A stretch of DNA of 33,992 nt from an uncultured virus (IMG/VR IMGVR_UViG_3300038334_000112) (taxonomy: Duplodnaviria > Heunggongvirae > Uroviricota > Caudoviricetes): the IMG/VR virus record IMGVR_UViG_3300038334_000112; one strand, 5' to 3'. Below, in pieces: positions 25,077 through 32,773 of the stretch. How positions within the stretch are numbered: position 1 is the stretch's first letter; each line of letters opens with the position of its first letter. The translations under genes and the position numbers were made by a program. The notes below the pieces were generated by a model. It searched no databases and was not told the origin of the DNA. It saw only the letters and a program-made list of their open reading frames with translations.

Positions 25077-25721
25077 ATGGAAAAGAAACCGAATGCTCTA
25101 AGAACCCGCGTAGAAAAGGCGATGAAATCTCGAGGAATCAACAGCCAGAAGGCTTTGGCACCTCTTGTTGGTTGCACGTATCAACATCTGAACGCAGCAC
25201 TGAACGGGAGAGATCGGCCAGGAAGAGCTCTCCTAGAGAAGCTGGCAAACGTCTTGATGATCAAGACTTCAGACTTGATCGCGGCGGAGCAGGACATGTT
25301 TCCCGAGGATGAAGTTGTGAGCGGATATGTCAGGGTGCCACTGAGAGCGGCCTCTGGCGCGATGGGCGGGGGCTCGCTAGAAGGGTCTAAGCGGATCAAG
25401 ACATATCTTGCCTTCCGCGAGGATTGGGCCTTCAACAAGGGAAACCCGAATACAATGTCTGTAATTCGCGCATATGGCGAAAGCATGGGCTCAACCATAC
25501 CCGATGGATGCATGGTTCTGATCGATGAAAGTCAAACTGTTCCGCAGGACAATAAAATTTACTATGTACTGCTGAACGATGTGTATCTATGCAAACGGGT
25601 CAGGGTAATCGACGGAAAGACATATTTAGAGTCAGATCAAGATGGGAGCCGCATTGAAATACACGCACACGACCACTTCGAGCCCCTAGGGCGGGCGCTT
25701 TGGTATGGTTGTGAGCTGTAA
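25077..25721 (+). CDS. cI: CI-like repressor (XRE HTH + S24 autopeptidase)
   Basis: HTH SQKALAPLVGCTYQHLNAALNG; S24 motifs GESMGSTIPDG and CKRV; GRALW end. Confidence 0.93.
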   Translation: MEKKPNALRTRVEKAMKSRGINSQKALAPLVGCTYQHLNAALNGRDRPGRALLEKLANVLMIKTSDLIAAEQDMFPEDEVVSGYVRVPLRAASGAMGGGSLEGSKRIKTYLAFREDWAFNKGNPNTMSVIRAYGESMGSTIPDGCMVLIDESQTVPQDNKIYYVLLNDVYLCKRVRVIDGKTYLESDQDGSRIEIHAHDHFEPLGRALWYGCEL

Positions 25722-25753
25722 CCGACCAACATGGCCTAAAAGTGAGGCGTGCA

Positions 25754-26482
25754 ATGGCGCTGATTGAATGTCCAGACTGTCACGAAATGGTTTCCGACGC
25801 TGCGCCTGCATGTCCGAAGTGCGGGAGGCCAACAAAGGCCAGAGAAGCAAAACTTGAAACAGGGAAGACGGTCAAAATAGGCTGTGGAATTATTCTATCT
25901 GTCTTCGCTTTGTTTTTTGTAGTTGGGACATGCTCTACTGGCGGTAAAAGTGCTCCTGACACTCCAAAATACGACAGCATTACCGGGAGAGAAGCAGAAA
26001 AAGGGCAAGACAAGAAAGTAGTACCAGCGGATGTTGGTTCCCCAAAATTGAACATCGGCCTTAAATTTTTCCTAGACAAGATGAACGCAGGCCTCAAGAA
26101 AACAGGATCACCAAGAATTGTTGCTGACCCAGACAATTCAAAAGGGGACATCGACTGCGGAGAATGGTGCGTCAGTAATTATTCTATTGGTAAGGATGCT
26201 GCATTTGTTGTCTGGCACAAAAACGATCGCGTTAACGAAATAATGAGCATCGTTAGCGGGGATGGCACAGCGAATGGTGCGATACACTCCATCTATTACC
26301 AATGGTTGGTCGTCAATATATTATCCCCTGGTTTTGAAAGAGAGCAGATAACGGGGAGGTTAATGGGAATGTTTGAGGAAATCTCATCGGGTAGGGACAA
26401 TTCTGAAATGGCGCTAGGCGGCGTCACTTATAAAATGCACAAGTTGCCAGGAATTGGGATTACCTTAACGGCGACAAAGTAG
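25754..26482 (+). CDS. Zinc-ribbon single-pass membrane protein (accessory)
   Basis: MALIECPDC...VSDAAPACPKCG, a transmembrane segment GIILSVFALFFVVG, then a soluble domain; visibly AT-richer than its flanks. Confidence 0.8.
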   Translation: MALIECPDCHEMVSDAAPACPKCGRPTKAREAKLETGKTVKIGCGIILSVFALFFVVGTCSTGGKSAPDTPKYDSITGREAEKGQDKKVVPADVGSPKLNIGLKFFLDKMNAGLKKTGSPRIVADPDNSKGDIDCGEWCVSNYSIGKDAAFVVWHKNDRVNEIMSIVSGDGTANGAIHSIYYQWLVVNILSPGFEREQITGRLMGMFEEISSGRDNSEMALGGVTYKMHKLPGIGITLTATK

Positions 26483-26485
26483 CCC

Positions 26486-27004
26486 ATGCGCCGCCCAGTC
26501 TTCGCCCTCCTCCTTCTCCTGGCCCTAAGCCCGGCCCAGGCGCTTGAGCTCACTCTCCACAATGCGCCGGCCGAGATCCACTTCTCGCCCCGCGGCGGCG
26601 CGGCGGAAGCCCTGGTGCACCGCATTGACTTGGCGCGCGAGTCTATCTTTGTCCTAGCCTACAGCTTCACGTCTGCACCCATCGCTGACGCCCTGGGCCG
26701 CGCAGCTCGCCGCGGCGTGCACGTCGAGGCTGTGCTGGATCGCGGGCAGCGCACAGCGCGCGGATCGCAGGGTGGGGCCCTTGCAGCTTCGGGCGCCACG
26801 GTCTACGTGGATTCGCGTCACGCCATCGCGCACAACAAGGTGATGGTGCTCGACGGTCAGGCCGTGGTGACAGGCAGCTTCAACTTCACCAAGGGTGCCG
26901 AGGAGAAGAACGCCGAGAACCTGCTCATTCTCGACTCACCCGAGCTGGCCCGGCTGTACCGCGAGGAGTGGGAGAAACACCGGGGGCACGCCGCGCCCTG
27001 GTAG
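26486..27004 (+). CDS. Exported phospholipase D-family (Nuc-like) endonuclease
   Basis: Signal peptide MRRPVFALLLLLALSPAQA; FSP, AYSFTS, single HNKVMVLD...TGSFNFT...NAEN HKD motif. Confidence 0.9.
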   Translation: MRRPVFALLLLLALSPAQALELTLHNAPAEIHFSPRGGAAEALVHRIDLARESIFVLAYSFTSAPIADALGRAARRGVHVEAVLDRGQRTARGSQGGALAASGATVYVDSRHAIAHNKVMVLDGQAVVTGSFNFTKGAEEKNAENLLILDSPELARLYREEWEKHRGHAAPW

Positions 27005-27027
27005 GCCAGCCCTTCCGTCGAACACTT

Positions 27028-27050
27028 AGCCCCCGCAAGGGGGCTTTTTT
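27028..27050 (+). terminator. Terminator closing the cI-membrane protein-PLD unit
   Basis: GCCCCC-GCAA-GGGGGC-TTTTTT. Confidence 0.88.
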
Positions 27051-27169
27051 GCGCCCTTTGCGCGAGTAAATACTCCGTATCTCTATACGAGCTCAAACGA
27101 CACCTTTCTCCGCAACCCGCGCCAGTGACCCTCCGACCACGGAGGGAGGATATCTCTGCGGACACGATA

Positions 27170-27224
27170 TAAAGAAAAAATCTTTCACATTTATCTTGAC
27201 TGATAAAGAAAGAATCTTTACATC
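27170..27224 (+). promoter_or_regulatory. pL-like promoter with two operators
   Basis: TTGACT(27196)-17 nt-TACATC(27219); operators TAAAGA-N5-TCTTT at 27170-27186 and 27204-27220, matching the pR operator. Confidence 0.8.
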
Positions 27225-27373
27225 TGGACTCACGCCAAGCAGCCAGACGCGAAATCTGACCGCGCCGGGACGAAGGGAACAAGGGCCAGCCAGAGGCGGA
27301 CCCCTCCCGCCCGAGCAAAGCAGACCAGGAACGCAGACCGCAAGGCGCAAGACGGTTTTCAGGGGGAACAGGC

Positions 27374-27730
27374 ATGCAGACATTCAGGCTTGAGGACGGG
27401 ACGGTTTCTTTCGTCGCCTCGGATTTGCCTCCGGCGCTTCCGTTGCCGCAAGAGGCACCGCAACTGCCGGACACCATGGCACTCGTCGAAGCGATGAAGC
27501 TCCACGGCCTTTTCCGCACCGGACCAAGGGGGCTCTACTACAACAGGCACCTGTTGCCGGAGCCGTTCAACACCATGGGCAGGGACCGCCTTGAGGCACT
27601 GACCCGCACACAGTCCGCTTCCCGTCGCCCAGCAATGCGCTCGATTCAACGCCACATCGGCGCCGCTCAGCGCATGCTCGACGACCTGCGTGGGGCTTGT
27701 GCGTGTCCGGCTCTCCGGGCTGTCGGCTGA
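27374..27730 (+). CDS. Hypothetical protein, first gene of the pL operon
   Basis: 118 aa with AGGGGG RBS. Confidence 0.6.
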   Translation: MQTFRLEDGTVSFVASDLPPALPLPQEAPQLPDTMALVEAMKLHGLFRTGPRGLYYNRHLLPEPFNTMGRDRLEALTRTQSASRRPAMRSIQRHIGAAQRMLDDLRGACACPALRAVG

Positions 27731-27744
27731 ACAGGAGGGACAGC

Positions 27745-27912
27745 ATGACGCAGACACGCATCCTTGAGCTCGGGCAGCCCGACGACAGCCCGCGCATCGC
27801 GCGCCGCAAGACCATCGTCGAGCTGCTGTGCAGCGTGGTCCTGGGGGCCTTCGCATCCTGGGCCGCCGTCGGGGCGATCGAATGGGCCAGCCACGTGCTG
27901 GCGGGGAGGTAG
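27745..27912 (+). CDS. Small membrane protein
   Basis: AGGAGG RBS; MTQTRILELG...IVELLCSVVLGAFASWAAVGAIEW. Confidence 0.65.
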   Translation: MTQTRILELGQPDDSPRIARRKTIVELLCSVVLGAFASWAAVGAIEWASHVLAGR

Positions 27913-27917
27913 CGGCT

Positions 27918-28268
27918 ATGGCGGCACAGATGGTCGAGCACCTGGACATTTTCGACGCGCGCCGCGGCGACCTGTTTGCGGAAGCGGAGTGCCGCGACTG
28001 CGAGCACTACCTGCGCGGCTGCTCCTGCCAGGCTGAAAGCCTGATCTTGGGTGAAATCCTGGTCGCGCTCCTGGAGTCCAACCCGGACGCCACGATCCCG
28101 GGCATCCGCATCATGCCCAACAGCGACGACGCGGCCAACCGCTGCCCGGGTTTCTGGCCCAGCTTCGAGTACCGCGAGGAACTTCAGCGGAGCGACGCCG
28201 AGGCCCTGGCCTGCTGGCGCGAGGACACGGCCAGGCTGTCCGCGATGGGCCGGATGGCGTCGGCATGA
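27918..28268 (+). CDS. Cys-containing hypothetical protein
   Basis: GGAGG RBS; CRDCEHYLRGCSC...CPGF. Confidence 0.65.
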   Translation: MAAQMVEHLDIFDARRGDLFAEAECRDCEHYLRGCSCQAESLILGEILVALLESNPDATIPGIRIMPNSDDAANRCPGFWPSFEYREELQRSDAEALACWREDTARLSAMGRMASA

Positions 28269-28440
28269 CTGCTCGCAAGAGCACCAGACCGCGCGCCGAG
28301 AAGCGCTGCCGCAGTTGCCTCCAGCTTCTCTGCCGCTGGAGGCCTTCGGGAAGGGGCCGCATGGCCACCGCATGCCGAATTGCCTCGCGTGCTCCAGCGT
28401 CCCGGGAACCAAGACCGTAAGCAACAGCGCCAGGCTGTAG
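28265..28440 (+). pseudogene. Frameshifted small CxxC...CxxC zinc-ribbon gene
   Basis: ATG overlaps the upstream TGA; KRCRSCLQLL in one frame, PLEAFGKGPHGHRMPNCLAC in another; junction at CTTCTCTG (28325-28332). Confidence 0.55.
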
Positions 28441-28464
28441 CACCACCACAACCGACCAGGGAGG

Positions 28465-29109
28465 ATGAACCCCATGAAGGCCAGCAAGAAGAAGCGCAGC
28501 GCGGTTGTCGCGCAACAGACCATCATCGCCGTCGCCGAGCAGGGCCAGCCCCTGCACCCGATTTTCCGCGCCTACACGCAGGGGCGCTTGCCGTTTCCAG
28601 ACCAGATCGACTTCTACGCCATGAACCACGCCGACGCTTGGCTGTACGAGCGCGAGCAGGAGCTGCGCGAGGAACTGGACTCGAACCAGATGTCGCTCAG
28701 CGAGGCCATTGAGGAACTGAAGCTGCTGCGCATGCCCCAGGACTGCCACGCGAGCGAGAAGGCCATGGCCCTGCTCCTGAGCATCGGCAAGGGCCGTCTG
28801 GTGCAGGATCTCTACGAGGGCTTGCAGACCTGCATGTTCGACATGGCGCAGCGCATGGACGCCCAGACGAAGCGCTTCGACGTCGACGAGAAGTGGAGCG
28901 TGTCGGCCAAGCTCACCGTGACCGCGGACAAGAACGACGACAACAAGGCGATGGTCGCCGCAGAGACGAAGGTCGGTATCCCGGCCGTCGTTACCGCTGG
29001 CAGCCTATTCCGCGACGGCGCGGGCAACATGCTGACGCCCGCCGAGGCCGTTCAGCAGCTCAGCTTCTTCAAATTCGGCCAGGGCGCTGTTGCCAGCGTT
29101 GCGGCGTAG
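28465..29109 (+). CDS. Hypothetical protein
   Basis: 214 aa, GGAGG RBS, phage-like codon usage; QQLSFF near the C-terminus. Confidence 0.75.
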   Translation: MNPMKASKKKRSAVVAQQTIIAVAEQGQPLHPIFRAYTQGRLPFPDQIDFYAMNHADAWLYEREQELREELDSNQMSLSEAIEELKLLRMPQDCHASEKAMALLLSIGKGRLVQDLYEGLQTCMFDMAQRMDAQTKRFDVDEKWSVSAKLTVTADKNDDNKAMVAAETKVGIPAVVTAGSLFRDGAGNMLTPAEAVQQLSFFKFGQGAVASVAA

Positions 29110-29119
29110 GGGGAACGAC

Positions 29120-30061
29120 ATGGCGACCACAAAGACGACCACGAAGAAGAAGGCCCCGGCCAAGAAAGTGGAGGCTCCGGCCCCGACCATCACGCGCGGA
29201 TTCAAGGGCTTCGACAAGCAGCTGCGCTGCCGCGACATGCAGTTTGAAGTCGGGAAGGTCTACACGGAGCCCGAAGCGCGCCTGTGCCGCAAGGGCCTTC
29301 ACTTCGTGGAGTTCCCGCTCGACGCGCTCACCTACTACTCTCCCGTCGGCAGCCGCTTTTGCGATGTCTCGACGCCCTGTGTCAGCCCGGAGACGGAAAA
29401 CGACAGCAAGCGCGTGACCACGGAGATCCACATCGGCGTAGAGATCGGCCTGCCCGGCCTGGTCAAGGCCGCTTTCGATTACGTTTGGAAGCGCGCCCTT
29501 GAGCGGCAGGAGGCCAGCACCGGTTGGGGTGCCCACTGCGCCAGCACCGGACCTCGTGCCCACTGCGCCAGCACCGGACCTCGTGCCCACTGCGCCAGCA
29601 CCGGACCTCGTGCCCACTGCGCCAGCACCGGACCTCGTGCCCACTGCGCCAGCACCGGGGATGATGCCCACTGCGCCAGCACCGGTTGGGGTGCCCACTG
29701 CGCCAGCACCGGGGATGATGCCCACTGCGCCAGCACCGGTTGGGGTGCCCACTGCGCCAGCACCGGACCTCGTGCCCACTGCGCCAGCACCGGACCTCGT
29801 GCCCACTGCGCCAGCACCGGACCTCGTGCCCACTGCGCCACGGCTGGAAAAAATGCGATCGCGGCGGCGCTTGGGATGAACAGCGCGGCCAAAGCCGTCG
29901 AAGGCTGGCTCGTGCTCGCGGGCTACAACGCCGACGACACCTTGGAGTGCGTCAAGGCGGCCAAGGTCGGCGGTCCTGAAGGCATCAAGGCGGACACCTA
30001 CTACCGCTTGACCGCGGCCGGAGAGTTTGTCGAGGCCACAGACATCAAGGTGGAAGAATGA
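29120..30061 (+). CDS. Phage protein with 9-aa beta-solenoid-type repeats (DUF7666-like N-terminus)
   Basis: GFKGFDKQLRCRDMQFEVGKVY...LCRKGLHF...LDALTYY N-domain, repeat block, and KVGGPEGIKADTYYRL...GEF C-cap. Confidence 0.8.
   Translation: MATTKTTTKKKAPAKKVEAPAPTITRGFKGFDKQLRCRDMQFEVGKVYTEPEARLCRKGLHFVEFPLDALTYYSPVGSRFCDVSTPCVSPETENDSKRVTTEIHIGVEIGLPGLVKAAFDYVWKRALERQEASTGWGAHCASTGPRAHCASTGPRAHCASTGPRAHCASTGPRAHCASTGDDAHCASTGWGAHCASTGDDAHCASTGWGAHCASTGPRAHCASTGPRAHCASTGPRAHCATAGKNAIAAALGMNSAAKAVEGWLVLAGYNADDTLECVKAAKVGGPEGIKADTYYRLTAAGEFVEATDIKVEE
29513..29836 (+). repeat. 12 x 27-bp in-frame tandem repeat (ASTG-xx-AHC)
   Basis: GCCAGCACCGGN-NNNNNN-GCCCACTGC; variable pair order WG,PR,PR,PR,PR,DD,WG,DD,WG,PR,PR,PR. 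Confidence 0.97.
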
Positions 30062-30339
30062 GCCAGCAGACTCGCCTTCTCGAACTCTGTTCGCTCGCCG
30101 TCGTGCGCTACGGGGCGAACGCTCAAATCCGGCAGTGTGCCGAGGAATGCGCCGAGTTGGGCGCGGAGTGTCTGCGGGTGCACCGTGGCCGCGTGGACCA
30201 CATGGACGCCATGTACGAGGAGTGCGCCGACGTTCTCATCATGGTGACACAGCTGGCTGTCCTGGACCCTGGGCGGATGGAGCACCACCTCGAGCAGAAG
30301 ATGCAGCACCTGGAAGAACTGTTGGGAGTGAGGTCATGA
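30058..30339 (+). CDS. MazG-like all-alpha NTP pyrophosphohydrolase
   Basis: YG..AQIRQCAEECAEL...EECADVLIMVTQL pattern (EExxE...ExxD). Confidence 0.75.
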   Translation: MSQQTRLLELCSLAVVRYGANAQIRQCAEECAELGAECLRVHRGRVDHMDAMYEECADVLIMVTQLAVLDPGRMEHHLEQKMQHLEELLGVRS

Positions 30340-32360
30340 ACATCGCCGAGATCAAGCACTTTCATCTGTTCTGCGGCCTGGGCGGCGGGGCCAAGGGCTT
30401 CAATGAGGGAGAGGCCCGGGTGGGCAATCTGCAGGCCCGCTTCCGCTGCATCGGCGGCGTGGACGTGGACCGGGCCGCCATTGCCGACTTCGGCCGCCTG
30501 GCCGGGGTGCCGGGCACCTGCCTGGATATGTTCGACCGCGAGCAGTACCTGGCCTTTCACGGCCACGAGCCCCCGGCGGACTGGCGCGAGGCCGGGCCGG
30601 ATGCGATCCGCCGCGCGGCCGGCGGCGAGCGCCCGCACATCGTGTTCCTGTCCGCGCCCTGCAAGGGCTTCTCGGGCCTGCTGTCCGAGACCCGGAGCAA
30701 GACCGGCAAGTACCAGGCCCTGAACCGGCTGACCCTGCGCGGCGTCTGGCTCATGCTCGAGGCCTGGGCTGACCACGACGACGGGCCGCCCGAACTGATC
30801 GTTTTCGAGAACGTGCCCAGGATCGCCACGCGCGGGCGCCACCTCCTGGACCAGATCGGCGCGCTCCTGCGCTCCTACGGCTATGCCGTGGCCGAGACCA
30901 CGCACGACTGCGGCGAGTTGGGCGGCCTGGCCCAGAGCCGCAAGCGCTTCCTCCTGGTGGCCCGGCATACGGCCAAAGTGCCGCCCTACCTCTACGAGCC
31001 CAGGAAGCGCCCCCTGCGCGCCGTGGGCGACGTGCTGGGGCCAATGCCCATGCCCGGCCACCCGGCCGCAGGCCCCATGCACCGCATGCCCGCCTTGCAG
31101 TGGCGCACGTGGCTGCGCCTGGCCTTCGTGGAGGCCGGAAGCGACTGGCGCAGCTTGAACCGCCTACGGGTGGTGGATGGCCAGCTGGCCGATTACGGCA
31201 TCGTGCCCGCCGCTGCCTGGCAGGACGGGGCCCTGGGCGTCCTGCCCTGGACCGACCCGGCCGGAGTCGTCACCGGCAACGCCGGGCCCACGTGCGGAAG
31301 GTTCAGCGTGGCTGACCCGCGCATCGAGGACAGACTGCGCTCCAACGCCCTGGGTGTCATGGGCTTCGAGGAGCCCGCCGGGACTATCACCTCGCGCGGC
31401 TTTCCGTTCAACGGTCGTTTCTCCGTGGCTGATCCCCGTGGCCTGGACCTGCGCACCGGGGCCTTCGGCGTCCGGACATGGAAGAGCCCCACGGGCACCG
31501 TGGCTGGGGAGAGCTTCCCGACGAACGGAGCCTTTGCGGTCGCTGATCCTCGCTTCGTGGGCCACGAGTATGGCCAGTACGGCGTGCGCTCCTGGGACCA
31601 GAGCATGGGGGCCGTGAGCGGCCAGAGCGCGCCCGGGGGCGGCCCCTATGCGGTGGCTGACCCTCGCTTTGACGGCGTGCGGCACAACAACGTGTTCCGC
31701 GTGGTCCGCTTCGGTGAGACCTCCCCGGCCGTGACCGGCGGCGGGGGCCCGAGCGCTGGCAGCAGCGCCCTGGCCGATCCTAGGATGCCCGCAAGCAGCT
31801 TTGGCAAGTACGGTGTGACCGACTTCGGCGATCCGGCCGGCACGGTGATCTCCGGCAGCACCACTGGCCAGGGCGCTTTCGCTGTCGCTGACCCGCGCAT
31901 GTGGGGCGGCCAGGAGCGCGTGCACTACAACGGCGGCGGCCACTTCGGAGTGCTGCCCTGGGATGCCACCGCCGGAGCGGTCTCTGCCTCTGCCGGTGCG
32001 GACAATGGCCGCTGGTCGGTGGCTGATCCGCGCATGCCCGAGCCCCGGCAGAACCTCGTGGCCGTGATCCAGGCCCTGGACGGCACCTGGCACCGGCCCT
32101 TCACCACGCTGGAGCTGGCCGCCTTGCAGGGGCTGGTGGACGTCGAGGAGCAGCTGGAGCTTGATGGCCTGTCGGACATGCACTGGCGCGAGCGCATCGG
32201 CAACGCCGTGCCGCCCCCGGCCGCGCGCGCCATCGCCGGGGCCATGGGGCAGGTTCTGCTTCTCACCTGGAGCGGCGAGACCTTCGCCATGGGCAACACC
32301 CCCATCTGGGTGCAGCCGCTGGTGGCCGGGCTCATGGCTGCGGAAGCTCCATATGCCTAG
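30336..32360 (+). CDS. C5-cytosine DNA methyltransferase with a repeat-built variable region
   Basis: Motif I LFCGLGG, IV APCKGFS, VI FENV, VIII QSRKR, IX R.FTTLELAALQG, X IGNAVPP. True start is MNIAEIK (ATGA overlap). Confidence 0.92.
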   Translation: MNIAEIKHFHLFCGLGGGAKGFNEGEARVGNLQARFRCIGGVDVDRAAIADFGRLAGVPGTCLDMFDREQYLAFHGHEPPADWREAGPDAIRRAAGGERPHIVFLSAPCKGFSGLLSETRSKTGKYQALNRLTLRGVWLMLEAWADHDDGPPELIVFENVPRIATRGRHLLDQIGALLRSYGYAVAETTHDCGELGGLAQSRKRFLLVARHTAKVPPYLYEPRKRPLRAVGDVLGPMPMPGHPAAGPMHRMPALQWRTWLRLAFVEAGSDWRSLNRLRVVDGQLADYGIVPAAAWQDGALGVLPWTDPAGVVTGNAGPTCGRFSVADPRIEDRLRSNALGVMGFEEPAGTITSRGFPFNGRFSVADPRGLDLRTGAFGVRTWKSPTGTVAGESFPTNGAFAVADPRFVGHEYGQYGVRSWDQSMGAVSGQSAPGGGPYAVADPRFDGVRHNNVFRVVRFGETSPAVTGGGGPSAGSSALADPRMPASSFGKYGVTDFGDPAGTVISGSTTGQGAFAVADPRMWGGQERVHYNGGGHFGVLPWDATAGAVSASAGADNGRWSVADPRMPEPRQNLVAVIQALDGTWHRPFTTLELAALQGLVDVEEQLELDGLSDMHWRERIGNAVPPPAARAIAGAMGQVLLLTWSGETFAMGNTPIWVQPLVAGLMAAEAPYA

Positions 32361-32550
32361 CCTCGACATAACCTTCTGCGCGTCGACGGACTGCCCCCGG
32401 CGCATGACTTGCCACCGCGGCGTCGGGCCTGGGCCCGGCGTCTCGGTGGGCTGGAGCGATTTTCTAAGAGTCTGGGGTGATAATTGCGGGGCGTTCATGC
32501 CTGCGAGAAGCACACAGGCGGCGCAACAGCTACAGAGAATAAAGAGGTAG
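32353..32550 (+). CDS. Small Cys-rich hypothetical protein
   Basis: MPSLDITFCASTDCPRRMTCHR...NCGAF; overlaps the methyltransferase stop. Confidence 0.6.
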   Translation: MPSLDITFCASTDCPRRMTCHRGVGPGPGVSVGWSDFLRVWGDNCGAFMPARSTQAAQQLQRIKR

Positions 32551-32553
32551 TCC

Positions 32554-32769
32554 GTGGCATCCAAGAGAAGGCAGCGCCGCAAGGCATGCGATGGGAAAAA
32601 GCGCTACCCAACGCACGACGAGGCATTGCACGACGCCATGTACCTCCAACGCCGCGACGGATTTCACATGCGGGCCTACCGTTGCCAGTTCTGCGGGGCC
32701 CACCACGTCGGGCACATGCCGAGGAAGAACGTCAGGGCCATGATGAAAAGCAGGGATGCTAGAGGATAA
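32554..32769 (+). CDS. Small basic zinc-finger phage protein
   Basis: CDGKKRYPTHDEA...RAYRCQFCGAHHVGH; GAGG RBS before GTG. Confidence 0.75.
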   Translation: MASKRRQRRKACDGKKRYPTHDEALHDAMYLQRRDGFHMRAYRCQFCGAHHVGHMPRKNVRAMMKSRDARG

Positions 32770-32773
32770 GGAT

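Noticed and set aside
29513..29836. 27-bp repeats as a CRISPR array
   Set aside because: Units are contiguous with no unique spacers, are a multiple of 3, and lie in frame within a protein with recognisable N- and C-terminal caps.
29069..29892. Alternative-frame repeat ORFs (GAGAVGTRS, PTAPAPDLV, VLAQWARGP)
   Set aside because: They are by-products of a stop-free 27-bp repeat; only the 29120-30061 frame has flanking domains and an RBS.
30027..30335. N-terminal extension of the 777-aa methyltransferase ORF
   Set aside because: Overlaps the MazG-like gene; motif I starts right after the ATG at 30336, which has its own RBS.
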